From positions 12,896,001 through 12,960,000 of the forward strand of contig NC_043008.1 of assembly GCF_006345805.1 (NCBI RefSeq): 64,000 bases of DNA. The letters are read 5' to 3'. Source of the stretch: Octopus sinensis (lineage: Eukaryota). Of this stretch, positions 26,738-41,208 are shown one piece after another. Made by a program: the position numbers and the translations under genes. The notes under the pieces were generated by a model. The model saw only the letters and a list, made by a program, of their open reading frames with translations, was not told the origin of the DNA and made no database searches. Each line of letters opens with the position of its first letter. Position 1 is the stretch's first letter.

Positions 26738-26970
26738 AAGGCGGCGTGGTTGGCAGAAAAGTTAGCACGACGGGCGAAATGCTTGCAGTATTTCGTCTGC
26801 CTTTACGTTCTGGGTTCAAATTCTGCCGAGGTCGACTTTGCCTTTCATCCTTTCGGGGGCGATAAATTAAGGACCAGTTATGCACTGGGGTCGATATAAT
26901 CGACTTAATCAGTTTGTCTGTCCTTGTTTGTCTCCTCTGTGCTTAGCCCCTTGTGGGCAGTAAAAAAATA
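26738..26970 (+). mobile_element. SINE family B
   Basis: Full head and tail; head-to-head with 26487-26710. Confidence 0.88.
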
Positions 26971-27018
26971 GGTAGTTTGGTCTGCAAAATACTAACAACA
27001 TTAGTTGGAATTCCTTGT

Positions 27019-27491
27019 ATAGGTGTAGGAGTGACAGTGTGGTAAGTAGCTTGCTTACGAACCACTTGCTTCCGGGTTCAGTTCCACTGCGTGGCATCTT
27101 GGGCAAGTGTCTTCTACTGTAGCCTCGGGCCGACCAAAGCTTTGTGAGTGGATTTGATTGACGGAAACTGAAAGAAGTCCGTCGTATATATGTATATGTA
27201 TATATGTGTGTGTGTTTGTGTGTGTGTGTATGTGTGTGCATGTAGACGTTTGTATGTGTGTGTGTATGTGTGTGCATGTAGACGTTTGTTCCCCCCCCCA
27301 ACTTTGCTTGACAACCGATGCTGGTGTGTTTATATCCCCGTAACTTAACGATCCGGCAAAAGAGACCGATAGAATAATTACTAGGCTTACAAAGAATAAG
27401 TACTGGAGTCGATTTGCTCGACTAAAGGTGGTGCTCCAGCATGGCCACAGTCAAATGAATGAAACAAGTAAAAGAGTAAAGGAGTAAAGAG
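27019..27491 (+). mobile_element. SINE family A, full length
   Basis: ataggtgtaggagtgacagtgtggtaag..ggttcagttcc.. tail (gtaaaaga)n. Confidence 0.88.
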
Positions 27492-27912
27492 ATATTCATT
27501 CCGGTTCTATACTCACGGAGATGAAATTCTGCTGCCGTAAACATTGCTTTCATACTTTGTGTAGACAGATTATTATACTCCCCTTCTCTGTCTCTCTCTC
27601 TCCTTTTCTCTCTCTATTTCCTGCTGTCTCTTTCTGTATTCACTCTCTCGTTCTCCTATATGCATTCTATTTGTAACCAAAACCTGCTGCGATTATATCT
27701 TGCAAGGATGCTCATGATTAAATTTCTACTCCATCATGCTACACTTTGGGATATGCAACAACACTACGAGGACATTCGGCTCATTACAATGTTCATTATA
27801 GAAACAGATGCCTAACACTAATTAATGCAAGTTTCTAAGAAATAAAATTCTGCGAAAACTATATGCTAAGCTCTGTGGATTTCCTTCCAACAACCACACA
27901 CCTCCGGGAGGT

Positions 27913-27914
<2 letters not shown>

Positions 27915-27972
<58 letters not shown>

Positions 27973-28053
27973 ATTATGATAATAATAATATATTAATGAT
28001 GATGATGATGATGATAATAATAATAATAATAATATAATAATAATAATATAATA

Positions 28054-28100
<47 letters not shown>

Positions 28101-28156
28101 AATAATAATGATAATAATAATAAATAATAATAATAATAATGATGATGATGATGATG

Positions 28157-28187
<31 letters not shown>

Positions 28188-28620
28188 TGATGATGATGAT
28201 GATAATAATAATAATAATAATGATAATAATAATAATAGTAATACTAATAATAATAATAATGATAATAATAATAGTAATAATAATAAAAGTCGATGATGAT
28301 GATGATGATGATAATTATGAGGAGGAGGGGATTATCATCATCACCATCCTCATCGTCGTCGCCTTTGCCATCGTTAGCATAATCGTGATGATGATAATGA
28401 CAATGAAGGGAATGATGATGATGATGATGATGATGATGATGGTGATGATGATAATGGGGGTGGGGATGAGGAAGGCGAGGAGGCGGATCGTCGCGAAGAT
28501 CAACGTCACGATTATGCTAACGGCAGCAAAAACGACGACGACGACGATGACGATGATGATGGACGATGATGGTGGTTGTGGTGGTGGTGGTGGAAATTAT
28601 GGTAGTGATGACGTAGGCAA
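27915..28620. repeat. (TA)n/(TAA)n/(GAT)n low-complexity block
   Basis: Direct reading; source of the poly-M/I/N/D ORFs. Confidence 0.9.
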
Positions 28621-29004
28621 CTTTGCGCGAAAATATACGAATGCCAATGCTGTGTCAGTGATTGTAGTTACATATATATTTGAAACCATTATTGAGACGC
28701 ATTCTTTGACATTTCAACCTTGGCTGAGATGATTACCGCACTCGAGGGAGAAGAGGAAACTAGTCTTAATCACTACAGCTGCAGATCAATTGATATTACT
28801 TCCAGCACGAAATTACAACCTAATTGATTCAAGGTCATGAGCCATCGGCCTTGAAGCGGTTGCATGTCTTGACTTAATTAATCTAATATATCGTTTCCAT
28901 GGAAACCTTTCTAATACTGACAACATACAGTATAACATATACATACACATACATACAACACACAAGAATATAAACCTACGTATATAACCACACGTACACA
29001 CACT

Positions 29005-29760
<756 letters not shown>

Positions 29761-30024
29761 CTATCTATCTATCTATCTATCTGTTTTCTCTCTATTTTCC
29801 TATCTACCCTTCCCTTTGTTCCTGCATCACCCGGTCATCTATTTCATATATGAGTTAACTGAAACATCTAATTTCACCTTTATTGCTGACTAAGACTTTG
29901 GAATAGTTGAACAAGTCTGTGAACAAGTCTGTGAACTCAAACGTGAGGCTTAAATTTATTTCTACTAAGAATATTGAGTGTGCCATAACAAATGATTTGA
30001 TCTTTTCAACAATTTGTTAAACAA

Positions 30025-30225
30025 TTAAAATATTAATTACGCATATATATATATATATTAAAATATTTAAATATTAATTACGCATATATATATATATATA
30101 TATTAAAATATTAAAATATTAATTACGCATATATATTATATATATTAAAATATTAAAATATTAATTACGCATATATATATATATATATTAAAATATTAAA
30201 ATATTAATTACGCATATATATATAT
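30025..30225. repeat. AT-rich minisatellite, ~42-46-bp unit x5
   Basis: aaatattaattacgcatatata at ~30028, 30069, 30115, 30157, 30199. Confidence 0.9.
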
Positions 30226-30348
30226 TATATATATATATACAAACGTGCAAACGCTGGCACTTATTCATAAATATGTACATACCTATGTATGAACTGATGT
30301 ATATGTACTACACACGCGTACACACGCTCACGCACACACACGCACACA

Positions 30349-30376
30349 CTAGCAAAGGAACCTGGTATTGCCCGAG
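30349..30376 (-). mobile_element. Helitron 3' terminus (hairpin + CTAG); 5' end not located
   Basis: Minus strand ctcgggcaataccaggttcctttgCTAG|t, homologous to the end at 25763. Confidence 0.5.
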
Positions 30377-30743
30377 CATTTTCTCAGTGTAAAAGAAGGG
30401 TTGATTTTTTCTTTGGTTTGAATTCTATTTCTATTCAGACGCATAATCCAATGCCCGTGTATTCTTAAATGCGATAAAATGTGATAAGATTGAAATTATG
30501 TGGTTATTTCTATGTGTTTTACCTACCACAAGAAATATGACTTGTCGTGAGACACAAACTCTAGCTTAAAGTTTACTCATCACTTCACATTACTCAACTT
30601 TACTGACTGTTCTATTTATCTATGTCTTTATCGATCTATCTTACCGTCTGTCTATCTGTCTGTCTATGTATCTGTTTATCTGTCTGTCTCCCTTTCTGTC
30701 TATCTGTCTGCCTGTTTGTCTGTCTGTCTCTGTCTTTCTCTCA

Positions 30744-30776
<33 letters not shown>

Positions 30777-31654
30777 ACTCTCTATCTACCTATATACATA
30801 GTGTCAGGTCGACCAGAGTCTTATGAGTTAATTTGTAACATTTAGTACAGAGATACTATAAGAAAACCTAACGTATATTCACACACATACACACACCAAT
30901 ATGTAGATAATTAAATATACATCTATATACATTTACAAAACCACTTATTCTGTTACATTTACATATAGGTGTGCATGCTGCAATTCATTATTCGTCTAAG
31001 TGGAAGTGAAAGCCGTACCTTTTTGTTGCTGGGGAACCCATGCTACGCAACACAGGCGTCAGACGATTCTAATGTTTTACTGTCAAATATTTACTTTAAT
31101 CTCGGTTCATTTTGAAACTATATCTCATTAACGTTGACTTAGTTTGTATAATGTTTGGGGTCTGAGGAAATATGCGTCAGAATAAAACAGATTAATTCTT
31201 CTATTCCTGCCTCTATGAAGTTTATTCCTATAAAATAAATCAATACGAATATATGTCCTTGATTTATTCTGATTTGTAGGTGTTTAAAATTATCATTCTT
31301 TCTTATTTCTCATTTCTTATTTCTACCTCTCATTCTCAAGAACTCGTTCTTTATATTTCTCATCTTATATCTCGTGCTCTTTCAATCTCTATCCAAATTG
31401 GTCATTCATTCTGTTGATATTTATCTCTATTTACTGGAAAGTATATATTATAGTTCGCCAAATGACCACACGGGGAGAATCATATTTCAGCTTCATCGTA
31501 GAATAGATTGAAATAGTTTACAGGAAACGTTGTGAATCGGATTTGAATATTATTGCTGCATCAATCATCATCTTAAATTTTCTTTCAGGGTTTTGCAACT
31601 ACTCAAATATTCTAAACAAAAATTTAGCAGTGCATTTCGAAAACATAAGCACAT

Positions 31655-31756
<102 letters not shown>

Positions 31757-31854
31757 GCTCTATATATATATATATATTATAAATCCCTAAGCGAGGTGTA
31801 AACAGTAGCTGCACGACATCATGAAGTATATATCCCACATGAATGTGGCTAACC

Positions 31855-32145
31855 CTTAAGGGTGGCTGCTACACCGATTCCCGGTGGTGGGTTGTGTCCT
31901 TGAGCAAGATACTTTATTTTATGTTTCAAAAGTCCACTCAGCTGAGAAAAACGGGTAGAACCTGTCTTCAAAGGGGCCAGCTTTGTCACATGTGTCACGT
32001 GGAAACTCACTGGGAACTGTGTTAAGGGTAGACACACATATGGAGTGCTCAACCGTTTGCACGCAAATTTCACGAGCAAGGTGTTCTGTTGATCAGATTA
32101 ACAGGAACACTCATCGTCGTATCCGACGGAGAACCACTCCTATAT
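31855..32145 (+). mobile_element. SINE with family D-like head and family C-like 3' body
   Basis: gttgtgtccttgagcaagatactttattt (D-like) plus aaagggccagc.ttgtcac..gttaagggta..gcacg..cgtcgta.ccgacggag (C-like). Confidence 0.65.
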
Positions 32146-34848
32146 TTCGGATCAGGAGTTATAAATGTGCTGCCTTCATAGTAGAACGAAATCTTCTGAT
32201 TGCCTATTCAATTGTTTAAAATAAACGCCGTTATTAGTGACAGCAGCACGCCGGATGTTTATCATACAAATGCGTTGAGCCAATCCTTTATATTTAACGT
32301 TCAAGAAAAACACTTTTTTGCTCAATCAACATTTTTGCTTTTATCAATTTCTCTTTAACTGCGCCATCCTACATAAGAAGAAGGACAATAATAGTTTAAG
32401 TATAATTAGCATTCCCGAAATACATCTATTATTACATCACTATCAATGATGAATCTTACTGGATAGGGACGACATCACAAACTTTATGGCCCATGCTGCA
32501 TTCTACCAATACGCAAATTTTGATGGATATTGTTTTGAAGTAAAAAAATATATAATGCCATGTACCATTTCACAGGCAATTTACTGTATTAATGTAGACA
32601 TAGTTACTGTAACTTAACGCCCATGACAACATTGGTTGAGTAAACCTACGATTAATATTCCATCTTTGACCTCACCTCTTTTGCCTTTGCAAGCGTAGCC
32701 CAGAAAGCAACCCTAAAACTACGTCACCTACCGTGTTTGTTTTTATAACTGTACGATGTAATAGGTGAGAGATTTTCCTGTTTTCAAGCAGAACAAACAA
32801 CCTTGTAGGTGATGCTATGTTGTTTCCTTACGAAGTTCTGTAAAGTTGTTGCAAAACATAGCATCAGAAATCTGGAGAAAATGTAATATCTATAGTGAAC
32901 TCAATTGGTTGAGGGAAGAGAGATGGTCCCATTTTCCCTAAATGGCTTCTCAGAATAGTGAGAGTTATGTAAGTAAATGTAAAACTGAAAAGGGAGTTCC
33001 AACACAGTGAGCGCCATTAAAAATATTATGAACCACCATGACAACGATGACCATAACAAAGCTGTTCAATTCGTGATCAGTGTATCCGTTATTTTGTGGT
33101 ATATTGAATTTTATATTATCACTAAGACTGAATAATGCAATTTCAAGTGTATCTGGGTTTTAATTCCATCCCCTAATTTGTTTTGAAATGCCAAATGTTG
33201 AAGAGTATCTTTTCTTACAATTCTGTAAGTCAATGCCAAAATATAGAAGACTTTATTCAAGATAAATTTCAACGATGCACAAGTAGTGATAGCAATGGAT
33301 TCCCTTGGTAAACCACTAAACTATTTTTCTCTGTGAAAATGAAATTTTATCTGCTGTATACGTGTGCTTCTGTATATAGCATCAGTTCATTTCCTAGTTA
33401 TCGAAAGTAGGTACTAAATAATTTAAGTATAACACTAGATTTAAACTGACATTCTGTTCATAGAAGAATTTATCTTTACTAAGCTAAATCACATGAGACT
33501 GGGTTTTTATATGCACCCTTTAACAAATTCAGTAATATTATCCTGTGCATTAAAACTGCACGCCACACTAATAGGAAAGTAATTTCGGATTTGCTAATAG
33601 AATCTTTGTATCTTTACTTAAGAATGTAAGAGCAGTTCTTATCGTTGCTTAGTTTTAGATCAGCTCTGATCTAGCATAACTAAGATCAAAGATATTCAAA
33701 CATTGGCTTCCTTTCTTTTTATTTAGACTGATATTAATAATGTGTTCTCTTCCCTTGTTGGATACAAACTCACGATAAGCAAATGTTAATAACAGATGCA
33801 GAGTTGGAAATCAAATAAGCAGGGCGCATATGAACCGGATCAGGATTTTGTCCTCGTCTGTTTTAGATATATTTATGGAGCATTTAGTTTATACAAAACT
33901 TCACATTAACAAAAGCAACGTAAGCATACCGTAATCAAGTACTTATTATAAATCTTGAAGACCAGGGAAAACATAGTGTAACGTGTACCAAATTGAAGTT
34001 TGTCTTCAGTAAATGGTCGTATTTTCACATTGATTTTCTGAATGGCGAAAAAGATAACCTTTAAGAGTAGATTTTTTCAATGAATACTATTTTCTTTTTT
34101 CTTTTTTTTTTTCTTTTAGCTCTAAGTGTTAGTGACCATTAACACACATTATTTGGTCCAGCGAGAACTGTTGAACATAATGACTATAAATATGGTAACC
34201 CCCTTCAAAACCACATTTATTTATAATAGTCTCCTGTGATTACAAGAAATATTGACTTACACGCTAATCTTAAGTTTTCAGTAATTCACTACTCAATTAA
34301 CGAGATTTCCTTATCGAAATTAGAAAATAATCACCTCTAATATGCTAATTAATCTACTACATCTACACCTTATACTCTCTGTGATTTCCTGGGATGAATC
34401 CTGCTGAATATGAATTCAACCAGATGATAAACGATATATCCATATCTAAAAACTCCAATCTCATTGTAAATGCTTTAAATAAATCAGTATTATAACTAGT
34501 AACCTCCATTTTCTATGAAACTGTTACTAATGTCAGATGCTGGAAAGCGGCATGGCAAAGGCAAACTTATTCATACCATCCGTAGACAACTACTTAGTTT
34601 ATCTATACATGTAATTTCTGAAATTCTATATTACTAGACATTAAGAATCACTGCAGAAAGTTCGGCCAGATATGAGGCCGGCTTCGAATACCTCTCATTA
34701 AGAAGACCCTACAAAACTGAGAGGCGTTTGGCATTCATGCTAACCAGATTCAGGGCTATTTTCTGTCCCCTCTGATATGTATACAAACATAAAACCATAC
34801 ATACATACATGCATATATATATATATTATGCGTGCGTGTGTACATGCT

Positions 34849-34896
<48 letters not shown>

Positions 34897-34909
34897 CACG
34901 CATATGCTC

Positions 34910-34954
<45 letters not shown>

Positions 34955-35713
34955 CTCTTATATATATATTTATGTATATATATATGTATGTATATACTCA
35001 TATATATCTATGTACATAGTCGTATATGTATATAAATATATATACGAGTATATATGTAGTGTTTTAAAAGAGAGAACATACTTATGACATTACCTCTCGG
35101 ACAAAAACCGCCGTAATTTGCCTGATAAGAAGCTAGTTACTGTGGAATGTACATTAAATATGTATACATGGTTATTTTAATTTAATACTGCTTCACCTGT
35201 GGGAACATGATTATATATAGAACACCACATGTTTGTATTTCTCTGGCTGTGAATTCTGATTTATATCCACACAACATGAAAAAATGAACGCAATGCTCAT
35301 AGCGTTATGTATCCGTGGAAAAACAAACCGCAATCTCTGATAAATCATAACGAAGATTAAGCAAAGGTGCAACACTAGCTGCAGTTTATTATCTACGCCT
35401 GGAATATAGGAACCAACAACGACTTGTGAAAATCGTTTTGGTCAAGACTGTTAGTTTAACTACGGTATAAATTCCCTGGATATAAATGATGTGTAAGTAA
35501 GACTTTTCTCTCTTTCTTTGTGAACGATCAGCAGCCAGCGTAAAATGAAGGAAAATATATTTCTTGGTTGTTTTCGTAACTATTTCACTTTGTTAAATGT
35601 TTATTTTAACGCAATATATTTACTTAACGTTATGTCACGCTGATGACATAACGCAGGATGAAATGGTTGTATTCATGGCTTTGTGTCTCAATGACAACAT
35701 TACCTCTCATAAC

Positions 35714-35747
<34 letters not shown>

Positions 35748-35784
35748 ATATTATATTATATATATATTATATTATATATATAAA

Positions 35785-35990
35785 TGTGTGTATGCATGTA
35801 TTTGTGTCTGTTTGTAACTACACAATCGCTTGTTGGTGTGTTTACGTCAGTGGAACTTAGCGGTTCAAAATAGGGATTGATAGAATTAGTACTGGTCTTG
35901 CAAAGAATAAGTTCTAGCTTCTATTTGTTCCACTAAAGGCGTTGCTCCAGCCTGGCCGCAAATGAGTGACACAAATAAAAAAATAAAGAA
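35785..35990 (+). mobile_element. SINE family A 3' half, degenerate
   Basis: ggtgtgtttacgtc..cttagcggttc..aaagaataag..gctccagcctggccgca. Confidence 0.7.
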
Positions 35991-36106
35991 TTCATATGTA
36001 TATATGAGTGTGTTTGTATATGTATATATATGTAGCTATATATATATATATATATATAATATTATATATATATATACATATATATGTACGTAGTTATGGA
36101 TTTGTG

Positions 36107-36157
<51 letters not shown>

Positions 36158-37188
36158 AAGTAGGTATGAATGTAAGTATATATATATATATCGATAGATA
36201 GATAGATATAGATAGATAGAAAGATAGATATTCACACACATATGTATGAACGTATCAGTGCGTGTAAGACCGAACTAATGCTCTAAACTTTATTTTGTAT
36301 TATCATGGTTTTCCTATTGTACACACTGAGATGCTGAACAAGATTTCGATTCCCATTCTTCTTAATTTCAGTTACATGTTACATTGCACCGGGGTTCATA
36401 TCATCAACAGTTTTTGTAACATATCAGCTTTCCTAGGTCGCTAGGCCCATACCCAAAGGGAGAGAGAGAGAGACAGACAGAGAGATTGAGAAAGAAAGAA
36501 AGTAAGAATGAAAGAAAGAAGGAAGGAAACAGATAGAGGGAGAGAAAGAGGGTGATGTGGCTAATGTAAAGAGGTAGCAAAGCAGATCAGTAGTCAAAGA
36601 GTAATGGAGGAAAATGTGTAGAGAAAAGAAATATTTACTGCCATTTCTTGAATGTCGATTTATTTATTGAGTACGTGATAATGAAAGGCAAAATTGATTT
36701 GCGCGACATTTGAACTCGGTGCCCTAAGTACCAGAACAAATATTACGAAGTATTCCATACGATGCTTTAATGCTTCTTCTAGTTCGGAATATTTAATAAC
36801 CTTTGAATTTGCTCTGGCAGTACAAGATCTCATGTACACTTCAGAATATATATCTTAATAGCTGGAGAAGTGCAATTATGTATATATAACCGTTTGTCTA
36901 TATGCGTATGTGCGTGTGTTTGTATGTGTGCGTGTGCGTGTGTGTATGTGCATGGGAAATTTTGAATCATCTTTCAACATTTTCAGTATGGTTAAGTGAC
37001 TAAGACGTCCCTTTGCGAAACGGTGGGTTTCTGGTTCTGTAGGAGATAAAACTGGTCGGTTCTTTATGCTTCTCTTGATTATGCCATATGTGTGCAAATC
37101 AGTAGACAAAAGATGCTTAGAAGCTTATACATACACACACGCAATTACACACACACGCACACAAACACACAAGCACATACACACGCAA

Positions 37189-37350
37189 ATGATGGATTCT
37201 CGGGTCGAAGACGATATACGAACGTTCGGTCTCTGCCGAAAGACCTGCACAAATTATTTGTTTATAATGATTAAATATATATATATATATAAAGGTCTTT
37301 CGGCAAAAGCCAAACGCTCATACGTCGTCTTCGACCCGAGAATCCATCAT
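37189..37350. repeat. Inverted repeat: 58-bp arms, 46-bp spacer containing (TA)n
   Basis: 37189-37246 vs reverse complement of 37293-37350: 50/58 identical by manual alignment, outer 26 bp perfect. Confidence 0.92.
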
Positions 37351-37646
37351 ATACGTGTGTATATGCTACTGTGTATATATATATATATGAATATATATAT
37401 ATACATATATATATGTATATATAGATATGTATATATATGCAAGTATGTATATATGTATGTATGTGTCTACATATACACACATACATATAAGCGTACATAT
37501 ATACGTATACATACATATACATACATATATACATACGTATGCCTACATATATATATATATATAAATATACATATATATATATATACATACATATGCATAT
37601 ATATATACACGCATATATATATACATATACATACATATATATATAT

Positions 37647-37713
<67 letters not shown>

Positions 37714-40147
37714 ATATATGTATATTCATATTCAGATATACATTCATATACACACACGACACATGTATATATGAGTGTATTTGTGTGTGTGTGTGTGTGT
37801 GTTTGTGTGTTTGTGCGTATGTATGTATGCACGCACTTAATCCCACATACATACATTCAAGCACATATATTGTTTCACATTTGCTTGCCAAAACTCGATA
37901 CGCCGATGATTTTGGTAACGTTTGAAATTCAGTCCAGTTATAAATTTGTAAGACATGGAAAGAAATACGTAAATAATTAACTAAAAAACTGTAAGATACA
38001 TTTGAGATGTTCTAAGAATTTGCTGTGTATTTCAAAATCTAGGCATTCCATACAAAAAATGGTAATCATATTCGATCCAAATATGTACACCGAAAATGAT
38101 ATGAATTTATGAGTTAAGGAGGGTTTAACAGGGTTTAAAATGTAAACCATAAAATCCCATGTAAATCCGAAGTAAATAAATCCTCGATATACGAACGCGC
38201 CAATTAATTGTAATATAGGGGAACTGTGGATTTTAGATACTAAATGAAAGTGAATTCCCAGCACAGTTTGCTAAGAAACAAGTTAACAGCAGAATGGTGT
38301 CTGATCTAGGCAGAAATCTGGGAATGTTTCAGATAACAATATAAGTCAATACCAATGCTATATTCTATTGGCCCCTTAAGGATAAAATGCAAAATACACA
38401 CCATTTGGATTTGAACTCAAAACCATAAGAGCAGGAAAAATACAGAAATACATTTCTAAGTTTTTAAATGATTCTACCGATACAAAATTTGATGTTATAA
38501 TGGAGTGACGAGAATTTCTAGTTCCTTTGGTTGAAATATATGTACTTTATGTATTACAGCGTAAATGGTACAAGGGTTTTTTTCCATCTGTGTCAGAATA
38601 TAATTCTCAGTATGTTATTTAACTGTGGTTTATTATGGTTCTTCAACACATTTTCTGCTTCAACAATTTTTTGCCAACTTAACCGAAACATCGTAAAGGA
38701 TCTCTGTGCAATAAATTAAGTTGGAACTCAGTAATGTTAAATTTAGTAATGTTATAATTCTGTAATCTGCTGATAATGCTCAAATGTGGGATTTTATTAT
38801 GGTTATAAATAGTTGATGATCTCAACTTGTAGCTCCTACTTTTATGGTAATGTTTTTTCGTGTGGCTTTTTTCGAAACCACAATTTTATTTTAAAATATA
38901 TTTCGTTTACTAAAACGTATATTAAAGTAAGCGAACACGATTCTTCTTAGCAAACCATAAAATGTACGTATGATCTCTCAAGATGTGAAGTCATTAAAGT
39001 AATATCTTCAAAGTTACTGTGAAAACTTGGAGGATATCAACATTTTATATGCATAGTCCATTTAAACCTTAACGTTATAGCATTCAATTTTAAGGGAACG
39101 AAAAAAAAAGCATGTGAAAATTAATGATAAACGGTTGTTGCTGAAATTAAAATTTGATGTTTAAATGAAAGATATATATTTCCTGCAAACGTACAGAAAA
39201 TCTTATGCAAAAGTCATTTACACGCATTCTATGTTTCGCAAAAACAGATGAAAAGTTTATAGTTTGATAAATATTCGATTTTGATTTGTATATATACGAA
39301 AAAAATCTTCCTTGTATTTACATCCCAGTTCATCTTAATAAATGTATTCTCAGTTCATGTGATTTTATGTATTTGGACATTCAACTATATTCTTACATTG
39401 AAAAGTTATTTTCACTTATCGATTCTTTATGAAGGTTGGTGTGTAAACATGTCTCCGTACTCAAATTCCTCATACGAAGAAGTGCACAACCGAAATGAAA
39501 ATAATCTTCGAATACGTGGGATAATAATTTTTTTGAATACTCTGTTTTACTTACAAAATCCATATTAATGCTGCTATATTCCTTGTAACATATTTTATGT
39601 AATATGTTTACACTGAGCGCCTGATATTACATATGCATTCTAAATTTTCTTTGTATTATAATTATACTGTGATATTTTGGGAGTTTCAGATGATACATAA
39701 TTTGGGATGTAATTACCATAGAAACACTACAGAATGGTTTATAAATAAATAAAACAAGATACATATAGATATGGCTGTCTTCTTTTCAGAATGAGGACAG
39801 AAATGTCCTTTTGCATTGATACTTAAATATTCATAAAACACTCTTACAGGCTACATATATTTTTTTCTATTACGTTTAAATGAATATGGAACGAATTTTT
39901 GCCTCTTCTTCTTTTAATGAATTTTATCGTTTGTTTATTTCAGTTATTGAATTGCCGACATGCTGGAACACTAACGTGAATGATTTACGTGGATAAATCG
40001 CACCCCAGCATTTAATTTAGCAATTAACTTTGGCGAACCGCTAGATAACGTATTTGCCAAAAAAGCCTATCACCTAATACGTAGCGGTAGTGAAGGACAA
40101 AACAAAACAATTAATGAAACACACATACGTATATATATATATATATA

Positions 40148-40519
40148 CGAGCAAAACGCCCCCGTCCAATGGACGGTGTTGAATTGTCAAACTTTTAAAC
40201 CAAATTTTCTCAAGACGACTTATCCGAGCGTTCCCTTTGAGAAACACTGACTTAACCTAATTTTGAGACACCAGCAAAAGAAGAAATAAAGATATCGATC
40301 GCAACAGCTGATGTACTTGCGCGTACAAATGCACGTTCCCACGGCTTTATCGATCGCATTCTCACCTGGAATCAATTTTTATAATTTTTTTCAAGACTTA
40401 TATACGCCCTGATACCGTCGGTATCTACATATCAAATTTGAGCGCAATGAGATGGAGGATGCCCGAGATCCTATAAGGCACACACACACAGACAGACAGA
40501 ACGGATTTTATATAATAGA
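40148..40519 (-). mobile_element. Non-autonomous Helitron-type element, second family
   Basis: Minus strand A|TCtattatataaaatcc ... perfect hairpin ccgtcca-t-tggacgg ... ttttgCTCG|T (CTAG variant); (CA)n/(CAGA)n near the 5' end as in 25763-26160. Confidence 0.75.
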
Positions 40520-40745
40520 TAGTTGAAATTTACAGAAAGATAAATGACTAAGACAGATGTATAAACAAGAAGCAGGTGTTTTAGTTTGATGCTCGAGAAG
40601 GTGGGAAAGACTTTTACGTTTCGAGCCTACGCTCTTCATCAGAAAGAAATAGGAGGAAATAAACGGAGAGAGAATTAAAGAAAAACCTCTTGGAGTTAGC
40701 GGCCAAAATATAATGCCCATAGAGGGAAAGATAGTCAGAGAGACA
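40520..40745 (-). mobile_element. Short Penelope-like/retrozyme-like element with HHR
   Basis: Homologous to 57920-58130; contains the HHR at 40611-40646. Confidence 0.65.
40611..40646 (-). ncRNA. Minimal type I hammerhead ribozyme, fully canonical core
   Basis: Minus strand CUUU-CUGAUGA-A-GAGC-GUAG-GCUC-GAAA-CG-UA-AAAG: stem I CUUU/AAAG, stem II 4 bp, palindromic ACGU, GUA cleavage predicted between 40615 and 40614. Confidence 0.78.
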
Positions 40746-40845
40746 GACAGGTAGGCAGACGGAGAGATAGACATATACATGCATACATATGTTGTATATA
40801 TATGTAGATATATACATGTATATATATGTATAGATATGTATATAT

Positions 40846-40932
<87 letters not shown>

Positions 40933-40935
40933 ATA

Positions 40936-41208
40936 TGAAGTTCAGCAAAAATTTAGATTCAAATGTATATGGTACTTAATTTAGATGCACCAGAATTCTG
41001 TATCGTGTTATCCATAAAAAATCGTGAGGTTATTATAATCAAAATAAGCAACAAGAATAACTCCGGTAATTTGGTACGATCGTTTCGTACTACATCATTT
41101 TATTAAATTTAATAAACACCTAATAAACATTTAATAAACATTTAATAAAATAATGTAGTACGAAACGATCGTACCAAATTACCGGAGTCATTCTTGTTGC
41201 TTAATTTG
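40936..41208. mobile_element. Penelope-like element end with inverted duplication (69-bp arms), each arm carrying the 3' half of an HHR
   Basis: 41040-41108 vs 41140-41208 with 3 mismatches. Arms contain GAAA-CGAUCG-UA (palindromic ACGAUCGU + GUA); both ends run into (TA)n. Confidence 0.65.
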
